Below are positions 53,877 to 64,000 of a DNA stretch of 64,000 nt, piece by piece (the stretch's first letter is position 1; every line of letters starts with the position of its first letter). The stretch is from Balanoglossus misakiensis (Eukaryota > Animalia > Hemichordata), in contig CM082588.2 of assembly GCA_040954595.2 (NCBI GenBank), forward strand, positions 5,592,202 to 5,656,201, given 5' to 3'. The notes below the pieces were generated by a model. It ran no database searches, was not told the DNA's origin, and was given only the letters and a program-made list of their open reading frames with translations. The translations under genes and the position numbers were made by a program.

Positions 53877-54205
53877 TACGCATGCGCTGGGATAGGCCAC
53901 ATTCTCGCGAGATCAGAGCGACATGTGCGATTCCGAGGGAGATTTGGGAGATTCGTGAGAGACTTCGCTTGGAGTCTTCCATCATTGTAAAGAGGGGAGG
54001 TGTGAAACTGCATCACCTTGTTACTACTATAAAACATCATTTCTTGATATAAATACCAAGTATTTTAATTTAAAGTTGAAAAAAATAACCTTATAGGAAA
54101 GAGCGATGTTTGCTTATCACCCGTAAAAGTAATTTAGTAGAATTAGATTACCAAAAGCCCCTTTCGAAAGTTAAAGTCACTTTTGTAAAGTTCAAGATGG
54201 CTGCC
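53877..54205. promoter_or_regulatory. Bidirectional KPNA/MIX23 promoter with NRF1-like, TCTCGCGAGA and YY1 motifs
   Basis: TACGCATGCGC at 53877-53887, palindrome TCTCGCGAGA at 53903-53912, and CAAGATGGCTGCC over the MIX23 ATG. A minus-strand donor (gtaagt) near 53816 suggests a non-coding first KPNA exon. Confidence 0.6.
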
Positions 54206-55507
54206 GCCGGGGAGAACAGCGTGTCGTGCGATGATTTTATGCAATTTCAGGTGAGACAGGGAATGTAAATGTTGGCAGCGTACTGTGAAAGAAGTGCTTG
54301 GACTACAAGTCCAACACTGGCTATAGACCGTGTCTCTAAAAGGCGATCTACTAACTCTTTTAGAGCAGTGCCGGGTGCACGACCGTGGTGTCACGTACAG
54401 CAGTCACCCCGCATACAATTAGTGCAATGTACATGCATCATGTGTAGAGATGTGCATTAACTTTGCTACCAAGTAATGTACGTTCATAGTACTTGGCATG
54501 GAGAGCCCAAACTGTGCCACAGTTAGCAAAGGTCTGTTTTGCAACTTGCTTGGAAAACTAGAATCCTAGCCAATACCAGGATGACATTTACATCAATGTA
54601 AAGTGCTGTGGTCAATGCCCAACAATGTAACAAGTTACAAAACTATTTACACCATTATGATTGGCTTGCAGGAGACAATGAAGACTCTCAGAATGATAGA
54701 TGACAAGATAATTTATGCTCTCAATACCAGTGTACCGACAGACTCCTTTGCTGGACAGGTTGATGCCAAAGCAACTTGCAAAACGTTATATGAAGATGTG
54801 AGTAGATACCAATTAGTATTATAGTGACGGGATTTGTAGCACAATGTACTAGTATACCACAGTCACCAAAGTTGGCAGACTGCTGGAAAATCTACTTTAA
54901 CAATTCCTTGTTTATGACTAATTCTTTTTTTTATTTCACACACAGCTTTTAGTAGCTTATGGGACAAGGGAGAGGGCGATAAAGAAATGTATATCTGAAA
55001 AATCTAGTTCTGTGAATAAATGTCGCGAAGACAGAGACAAAGACCCTTCAAGCTTTGATGTTCTCAAGAAATTAAGAAATGAACAACAAAAGGTGAGAAC
55101 ACAGGCAATGCACTGCTCTTGTGACATAACTTTGGTAAATGTCAAAGAGGTAACTAACTATATGCTGTCATAATTTCTTCAAATTTTCCATTAGACATCA
55201 CAAATTCTCATATTTGCTGTTGTGATATTTTTTTTTCTGACAGCTACGATTAATGCAAGGTGAACTTAGAATTGAAGAAGTTGTTAAAGATAGGAGTTTG
55301 AAGGTGAGTTAAAATCGCAATGAGTACCACTGATTCTGAAGATGCTGGTCTGTTCAAAGTAAAGTACAATGAAACTAAGGGCACCTAGATGATATCACTG
55401 TAACTGAAGTTTTCATTAATCATCAAGTGTTTTTCAATTCCTTCCACTTGCAGGTATTCCATGAGAGATGTAGGAACCACTATAAGCCACCATCTTCCAT
55501 GTCATGA
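54197..55507 (+). CDS. MIX23: Mitochondrial intermembrane protein MIX23 (CCDC58)
   Basis: Exons 54197-54250, 54672-54797, 54946-55092, 55244-55303, 55454-55507. [83 protein letters not shown]. Confidence 0.95.
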
Positions 55508-56429
55508 TGTCAGCTTGATGAAAAGACTCAAATCAGGGAACAATTTTGGGGTTACAGGGGAACATTTTAGCGAGTTGCTTGAATGGGAAAGTGTTGCATT
55601 GGACGTAACTGCGTGAAAGTATTTTATCAGTGCCGCCGTATGGTGTGTGTGCCATTAACGCCCGATATTAGAAATTTTCCTGACATCTGAAATATGGCTT
55701 GCAGCGATGGCCGCTTTTTAGTTTGTTGATGACTGATTGTTTGGCCAGTTATAACTAACCTTACACAAGTGAAAGTTTAATATGTACATTTGTTGCCCTC
55801 TGACCTTTCATAGTCAGCTTTTCACAAGAAGAAATAGTCAACTCATAAATTCTTTAACTGCAGAGAAGACTGGATGCTTATGCTGTACTCTGAGTGATTT
55901 TTTTTATCTGCCCAACCAACCATGTTAATTGTGCTTGCATTGGGAACCAATGGAATTGCATTTGATAGATATACTGAGTGTACTTTGTATGAAATAAACA
56001 TTTCTAGATAATAGCTATTTGCCATTGTGGTTTGATTTGATTGGATGTGTGGACTGTTATGGTGCATATTGATTGAATTGTGCAGACATTTATGATAATG
56101 ATATCTTTGTCAGCCTGGTGTGCACTTCAAAAATACGGTATTTGCAATCATATTTGAGGCTCTTACGTCATGATGCATAGCGCCCTCTTAGTTTGATGTT
56201 GTCGAATACTGTCGAAAATGAATATAGGGCACCTAAGTTAGCGATTATTTACATGGAGGGTTTCACAGGATATCTTTTGAAGTGAAAATCTCAACACTCA
56301 TAGAATCTTCAGCATTTAAGAGATATCTTTATCTGTGATTTCTGATTATTTGGGATAGTGTTAAGCACGTGCTCTTGGTTTTCGTGTCATTTTACCATTT
56401 TTGACAAACTTGGGGGTGCCAAAATTACA

Positions 56430-56440
56430 ACCCGGAAGTG
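56430..56440 (+). promoter_or_regulatory. ETS/GABP motif upstream of RPF2
   Basis: ACCCGGAAGTG about 100 bp before the ATG. Confidence 0.45.
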
Positions 56441-56536
56441 TATGTTGCAGATGGTCGAGCACATGTGGCTTGTACATAAGTTGCGACTCGAGTTTTCTAC
56501 TATCTATCATAAACTAGTCGTTGACTGAGTGTTGAC

Positions 56537-59296
56537 ATGCAACGAATAGTGTAAGTATATGCGCCAACACTGCCTTTTACTCGATCTTCATACAAATCTG
56601 CATATAACCAGCTGAGTTACAGTGATCGTTGCAGGAAACGACGGTGATGATGATGTGTTACTGTTAGTTACAAATGTAACGTTTCCACTGCAATGGTAGT
56701 ATGTCATAGAATCACAGCGTGTTTACCATGATACTTGATTTTTGTTCAGCTATGTGATGAGTTTATTTACAATTAATTTGAACAATGAATGATTCCTATT
56801 CTCGATTTGAGAATTGGACTAAACGCCCCAGTCCTCTGCCCATATCCATCAATGTGCATTGGCATTGCCTTGTTGCCATGGATTCAGAGGCAGACATACG
56901 TGTATGATGTAGTATGGCCATGATTGTTGGTAAATGGAGTACTAACAAGTAACTAACAACGAAGTAAAATATGGTGTTTACTTTGCCTTTTAATTTTGTG
57001 TTGAAATTTTTGTTTTCTATTTCAGGAAACCAAAGACACAGAGGGCCAAGCGTGCCCTTGAACACCGAGCCCCTAAACTTATAGAAAACACCAAGACAGC
57101 ACTATTTATCAAAGGAGGCCACACAAGTGAATTAATCACACAAGTTTTACGGGACTTTTTCGCATTTAAAAAGCCAGATGCAGTCTTATTCAAAAGGTAA
57201 GAGGGATTACAGTATGAAATAAATAACTTTGGTTAACCTCACATTTTAAAGAGACAAAGTTGGTCATTTTTATGCGGGATTTTGCTTCTTTAAAACCAGT
57301 TTCAGATAATATTTAACAATGTGAGAAAACAGGATCAAGAGAACCATTTGTCAATCAAGAGATGATAGAAGTTTCATATAAAATGTACTTTGTTTCTTCC
57401 CCAGAAAAAATGTAATGAGACCGTTTGAAGACCAAACGCATTTGGTAAGTCGTACTTGTCTTCCACGGTGAAAACAAAAAGACTGCAAAAATTGTAACGA
57501 GTAAAAGAGTACTAGCTGACGTATCCAGTCCAAATTTCTAATATCTTTTCCTAAATGTTAATTTCTTATATGTTTTTGTTACAGGAATTCTTTTCAGAAA
57601 AAAACGACTCTGCTCTATTCATGTATGGCTCACATTCAAAAAAGAGACCACATAATCTCATCATAGGTAAGTTAGGTGGTCCAATTTGTTGAAATGATTA
57701 TGACTGCCTTGAAATCCTTATAATAATTACATAATAATTATGCATAACGGAGATGACTAGTTCCAAACAGCTTTGAACATCACAATTGCTAATTAAAGTT
57801 ATAATTTGCCGCAATTATTTAAAGTTTATATAAATTACCTGTTTAATTGCCATCCATTTGATAAAATGTAATTTCTTGTTTCTATCCAGGAAGATGTTTT
57901 GACTTCCATGTTTTGGACATGATAGAACTGAGAGTAGACAAGTTTAAAAGTCTGGCTGATTTCAAGGTAAGGAAATGGGGGATTGATCGCAATGGAAGAA
58001 ACTAGTAAGTGGTCAGGCATTCTGGTGATGGTAAAAAGTGTTATACCGCTGGTCCATTGGTTGACACTTAACTATGTATTACTTTCTCCTTTTTCCAGAA
58101 CGCCAAATGTTCACTTGGATCCAAACCTTGTCTGCTGTTTTCTGGGGAGGCCTTTGAACAGGATTACGACCACAAAAGATTGAAAAGTTTATTTGTTGGT
58201 AGGTCATGCAATACAGTGGCCATTTTGAATTCTATGTGAAAGAAGTCATTGAGAAATCAATGAACGGAACAACACTCATTTCTTACACTTACTTTATATC
58301 ATTAGAAAATACCAGTTGTTGTCTCAAAAGTAATCGCTTAAATGCTGTATGGGATCAAGCCTAAATTTGCACCCGACAATTATTTTATCTCCTTTTGAAT
58401 TTATTCACAATAATGAGTTTAATCACAGTTACCTTGAAAGAGTCAGTGAACCCAGTCTGTTCACATATTTGCCAAATAAACAATTTTACTCCAGTGGTTG
58501 GCCACCCTGTGAAAATCTGTGATTGGTTAGATCTCAACATTCCATGGTAATTGTGGCTAAATTTGCATAGGTAACCGTGTGCCTTTTCTTCACAGATTTT
58601 TTCCGCGGCCCAGTCATATCAAACATCCGACTAGCTGGTTTGGAACATGTTTTACACTTTGCAGCCGTTGATGGAAAAATATTTATCAGAAGTTACAGGT
58701 GAGATTTAGAATCATTTCATTCAAAAAGTAATCAACAGCATTTGATTTTATTTGGTAGATAATTGCGACTTGATTCTTTGAGTTCACAGGTCTCGTAATA
58801 AAACTTGTTTGTTATGAATTCCTCTTTCATTGTAGGGTGATGCTAAAGAAATCTGGTAGCCGTACGCCCCGTGTAGAACTGGAGGAGATGGGACCATCAT
58901 TGGATCTTGTTATGGGCAGAGTTCGGTTAGCGTCGGAAGATTTGTTCAAGAAGGCCATGAAACAACCGAAGCAGGCCAAGGTACGAACGAGTATATGAAG
59001 TCTCAGAAACACATTTTCTCTTCTTTTTCATGCATTAAGACACTTTCACCGTATTTCACATTTGAAAAATAAGTGTCGTTGACCAAACTGATGTGTTTTT
59101 TTATCAAATTTCCCTACGACAGATACGGAAGGTGAAGAACGTTACCCGTGATGTCTTCGGCACGAAACACGGCCGCATACACATGCAGAAACAAGACTTG
59201 AAGGCGTTGCAGATACGCAAAATGAAAGCGCTGAAGAGGAAAGCAGGCGAGGCTGGGAAAGAGGAAAAAGAAGTGAAGAAAAAGAAGGACGTTTGA
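56537..59296 (+). CDS. RPF2: Ribosome production factor 2 homolog (Brix domain)
   Basis: Exons 56537-56550, 57026-57196, 57405-57444, 57585-57666, 57890-57966, 58099-58198, 58596-58698, 58836-58980, 59123-59296. [94 protein letters not shown]. Confidence 0.96.
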
Positions 59297-60396
59297 TGCA
59301 GACCAAGATCTAGAAACTGGAGCTTTTTTCCCTGCTGCACCAAAATCGTGGCAGATCAGCAGATCCTCAACAAAACCAGGACAATTTTTATGCTGCCAAT
59401 GATGAACACAGTTACGAGAAGACTGCAATTTTATGGGTCTCTCACTTCAAAGAGTAATAAAATACGTCTTATTTAAGAACTCAAAATCTTGGTTTTGGTA
59501 GCTCTCTATTACACACACGAACACAGTTTACATGTGAACACAACCAATTATAAGCACCTTCAATGTTGGTGTAAAATGCATAGTATCTGTACCATGCAAG
59601 TACTGTCCATAGGTTTGCTCTGTTGATTGACAATACTTGCGCTCCCAATCTGTGAATTAAAAAAAAAATGGGCGGTTTTTCCAGTCACATTTCTGCGTAG
59701 CCACAGAGGTAGATGTAAACGTCCAATAGCGAAACGCTTTGCCCAAACAAATACCTTCATGTTAGAACTACGGTTGTGTATAAAGTAGACACTTTATTCT
59801 GAAAGCACAGAGAACGATACACGTAAATTAACACGTGCATAAAGCGAGAGACCCCTGGAGAGTAAAAACCACCTGTTGCCAATTAACACCATTAAAACTT
59901 GAGGCATCACAAAAACAACTGTCACAATATCTCGACGAATGGAGACACGCACGTTTCTCCGTGTACAAATCGCAGGAGTTCTTCATCGAAAGATGGACAC
60001 TTAATATAGATTTATCCTCAAAGAACTCGTGTTAGGCCCATATGCTTCCATGTGCCCACGTGCTCCCACCATCATGCTGAGACTCAGGCCAGGTGTGGCC
60101 CAGGTGTTCACTGGCTGTGAGGGGTTCAGGTAGGAAGCCATAGGCGGTACATAAGCTTTGATCAACCACGGTTACTCCATTCACACAAGACCTTCTGTCA
60201 CAGATTATCCATTTCCCCGGATCGTAATTGTTTAATAATCGGGCGGAAATTGGCTATAGTTTATGTGATGTCTTTTGTCATTTTAATTTGAGGGTAATAT
60301 AAAGTCTGGACACCCGGTTCGATATTTCAGAACTGCTGGAGCTTTCGAGAAGACATCTGCCTGCCATCAGAACGTTGCAACATCCAGATCACTAAG

Positions 60397-61833
60397 ATGA
60401 AGACGTTGATTTTTGTGTGTCTGGTTTTACCGATGGTTTGCACGACTCTGGCCAAACACCTGTCGGTAAGTGCCTCTTCGCCCGCAAGGAAGCGCTTTTG
60501 AAAAGTCGTACAGTATTTCACTGCAGAGTTTTAGATCACAGGAGAATTTTTGTGTAGTTAGTTTCAATTTTCCTGGGCGAAAACTATACAATAAAGTTTC
60601 CCATTTTCTCCTACCGTCCAAGATTGTTCACTGCATATTGCACTCATTTTGTTTTACAGATGAAACGCTTATACAAGCACGGCATACAAGGTAAGCAGAC
60701 AAATGTTCATGGCTACGCATGCCCGTAGTTTGCAAAGTTTTCTCGTTGCTCACTTTCTAGCCTCGCCACACTAATGATGCGTCCATTCATAATCATATAC
60801 TAAGTATCATGTGGTAAATATTTCCTAACACATCCCAACATAAACAGAGGTATATTTTAAAACAATATTGAAAATATGACGCCTTTCATACCAAGTGGTG
60901 TTGGCGTGTTCGTGAACGACATTGCTTTAATAGAAGCCAAGTTCTTCAAATACGATATCCGTATCGTGTCTTGTCTGCGTGTCTCTGTGTTACATGTAAC
61001 AAAATTAACAAGAGTACTAGTATCCGCAAGGGAGAAATTGAACTTATGATACTGATATCGTTTTTATCAGACAACACCACCAAACGAAGAAACTTTTTTG
61101 ATTCGGACGAAATAGAGAATGTGGACGTTGTCAACTTTGTGGAGTTCATCAACTCCGCCCCCAAGATGCTCATCTTCTACTACGCTCCGTGGTGCAAGGA
61201 ATGCCGGGAACTGTGGACAAATTACCACGGAGTGTACGAGGAACTGGTGGTAGTGGACGGAAACCAGGGCGTGAGTTTCGGAAGCATGGACTGCAACTCG
61301 TGGAGAAATAGATGTAAGTAACATGAGGCGAAAATAGGTGTGATGTGGATTTACGTGCGTGGACCACCACTGAGAGAAGGAGAGAGAGAGAAAGGATTAG
61401 GGAGAGAAAAGGGGAGGGTAGAGAGGGGGGCGGGGAGGGAGGAGAGAGAGGGATGGAAAGAGAGATAGAGAGAGAGATCGACTGATTGTTGAAGTTCACT
61501 TTACATCAACCATGCAAAACAACTGCTTCGAAGACAAGCAACTCTTCAATTTGGGGGAAATGTCTGGACAATCTTGAGGGGAAAATGGTCGAAAGGAATT
61601 GCTTCCGTATTCCATTCAGTCCCCCCAGCCGATATCTGATTGTGTATTCACAAACACTCTAATAATATTGTTATTGTATTCTCCTACTTCCAGGGACTTG
61701 CATAGAGCAGGGCGCTTTGCAAAGATATCCCATGATTTACATGTACGAAGAGGGCCATGATATCGGCGAAGACGTCACCGAAAAGTTCTTCGATGTCCAG
61801 TCGGCGGTAGAATTCCTAAAATCCCAGGAATAA
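60397..61833 (+). CDS. Secreted single thioredoxin/PDI-a-like domain protein (WCKEC), paralogue 1
   Basis: Exons 60397-60465 (signal peptide MKTLIFVCLVLPMVCTTLA), 60660-60690, 61071-61313 and 61694-61833 are phase-compatible. Thioredoxin features LIFYYAPWCKEC, VSFGSMDC and cis-Pro loop QRYPMI; ends FLKSQE*. Confidence 0.8.
61373..61476. repeat. Purine-rich (GA)n/G-run low-complexity tract
   Basis: Directly visible in the intron of thioredoxin paralogue 1. Confidence 0.85.
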
Positions 61834-62598
61834 AGTCGGAATAGGGTTTCATTTGTCAAGATTTTAGACGGAACTTTATAGATATTGCATAAATGACGAC
61901 ACGGTAAACGTTGCCAACGTTTTAAATTTGAGATTTGATAAGAGATCGTTGTTTTGAATTTTGACATGTATTTCTGCCATGTGTATTAAAAAGCCAATGC
62001 AGACTTCAGTGCACAAACCGCTTGTTTGGCATCATTTCAACTTCACTGGTACTCTCACAGTCCCTGTCCTACAAGAAATGGCCACCTGTTGCATACATCG
62101 GCGCAAGGTCTGACCACGTGAGCAGCCTAGCTCTGGCATCCGTTGGTTCGGTCATTCACCTATTTTAGTGCGTAAATATTTAGACATATACTTGTTGCCC
62201 TATGGATTAAGATAATACATGGCCACATCCATTTTCAGAGTGGCGGGGGAAACTTACTTAAAAAAGAAACTACCTATCTATATTTTAAAATCAGGCCAAT
62301 GACTGGTGGGACCGTGGCTATAGACATGCACAGAAGCGTATCCAATGATCAACTACAGAAAAATATTTTGAATAAAATTTAATTTTGTTACGTAATATTG
62401 AGTGTAGACAACACCCCGATGATATCGATCGCATTGTTCGTTTGCCCTGTGTTACAAATCTCTAGTGTACATAAAATAGTAAAATCTAGTTAGTGATTTC
62501 AGGGGAGCTTCATAGTAAATTGAACACTATAAGAGAGTGTGTGTGCGCCAATATATTGCAAGAAACCGTGTACTTGGAGTGCTACAGAGGCCATCAGC

Positions 62599-63596
62599 AT
62601 GAAGACGATAATTTGTGTAGGTTTGATTTTGTGTGCGGTTTGGACCAACGGTCTCTCGGTAAGTTTCTCTTTGTAGGGTTTATCGCTCAAGAAGCTCATT
62701 CACGGAAAGGACGTTGAATTTTTGGCCCCTTGATTTTTGGTCAGTCCAAGTAGAGTCCGCGGTGCCTTGATCCTGGTCTCCAGTTCTTCAGTGGATAATT
62801 TCTGCGTGCACAAATAATTCCAGAGCAAAGACATTTTTGTCGGATGTCAAATCTCATTCCGTTTTCTATGTATCTAGAAATTATTATCCTAAAAGTTCGA
62901 TGCACGGGGTGGGGGGGGGGGGGGGGGGCTTGATGGCCACGCATGATACAAGACACAGTATGCAGTGATTTGCATTTTGGATAGTTACCGTAGCCCCTGT
63001 ATATCCCGAGACCATCTTTAGCGTTCTCTGCAATGGTAAGGCATTTTGGTCTCACTACATGCTTTGATATATGGTCTGTGTTTTCACAATACAAGTTTAC
63101 TTTTTTTTTACAGATAAGACAAACTGACATCGATGAAATCCAGGTACCCGAAGTGCGAGAAAGTAAGGATAGGACACCACACATTGAGACTATTATTTAC
63201 TATGCTTGAAAATTGGAGATTTCTCTCTGAGAAATCGATTATTAAAACCTTAAAATGCCACAAAATGCGATTCTCACATTTCTGCTCGACAACTGCGTGA
63301 CATTTTGTTACAAATACATACTTTTCAATTGTTGCCACTGTCGTTTGCCTTCCTAGGAAAGAGCGTCAGGCGAGGGGTTTCTTTCGAGACCGACGAAATC
63401 GAGAAGGTGGATGTTGTCAACTTTGTGGAGTTCATCAACTCCGCCCCGAAGATGCTCATCTTCTACTACACCCCGTGGTGCAAGGAATGCCGGGATCTGT
63501 GGACAAACTACCTGGAGGTGAACGACGAACTGATTGTGGCCGGGAACGACACGGTCAGCTTTGGTCGCATGAACTGCAACTCGTGGAGAAATAGAT
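62599..63596 (+). CDS. Secreted thioredoxin-like protein (WCKEC), paralogue 2; 3' partial
   Basis: Exons 62599-62658 (MKTIICVGLILCAVWTNGLS), 63114-63162 and 63357-63596, with the same intron phases (0,1,1) as paralogue 1. The last exon was not seen before the window end. Confidence 0.78.
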
Positions 63597-64000
63597 GTAA
63601 GTTAGTGACTGTGGGTGAATTTGGTTCGAGACACAGTCGTCTGCTCTTCAAATATGTGCCCACTCACACAATTCTTGTTGCCATAATTCACAAACTTAGA
63701 CAAATTAATTACAATGTGCTTGTGTGGCAAAATTTTGGTTAATACCAGAAATACATTTCTATGGAAATATCCACATGTTCTGAACTTATGCCGAGATACA
63801 CTTGACTGTTACAACTGGTGATTCATAATATTACAGATTGTGCGAAAAAAATACAACTGAAACATAAAACAGCCAATTTGAAAGTAAAATGTCGAATGAG
63901 AGACCGACCGACAGACAGCCAGTCAGGCAGACAGACAGATGATAGTCCAGCTATTGCAGCGTTCCCCCCTGATTATCCTCTCACAAACACCATCGATTTT

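Noticed and set aside
62741-63184. 147-aa minus-strand ORF
   Set aside because: Lies antisense in a thioredoxin intron, spans a poly-G run and has no recognisable domain.

Overview
Intron-rich, AT-rich genomic DNA from an invertebrate animal (no prokaryotic features). I could rebuild eight recognisable genes and two novel-looking tandem paralogues by hand from GT/GC-AG junctions. In order they are EVA1C-like (+, 5' end not found), CFAP298 (-), SPATS1 (+), CHAF1B (-), ZUP1 (-), FAM162 (+), importin-alpha of the KPNA1/5/6 clade (-), MIX23/CCDC58 (+), RPF2 (+), and two secreted WCKEC thioredoxin-domain genes (+, the second cut off by the window edge). Main observations: (1) a 1.83-kb TIR transposon with a 4-bp TSD sits 1 nt before the last splice donor of ZUP1 and replaces its C-terminus. 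(2) The ZUP1-FAM162-KPNA-MIX23 and EVA1C-CFAP298 gene blocks match human linkages, with the central FAM162-KPNA pair inverted. (3) The two thioredoxins have a signal peptide and a dibasic-flanked pro-region. (4) CHAF1B carries six ASF1-binding B-domain-like motifs and a GC-AG intron. (5) RFX X-boxes and nuclear-receptor direct repeats cluster in the EVA1-CFAP298-SPATS1 block. Gene identities and human gene order come from my recall of the families, not from database searches.
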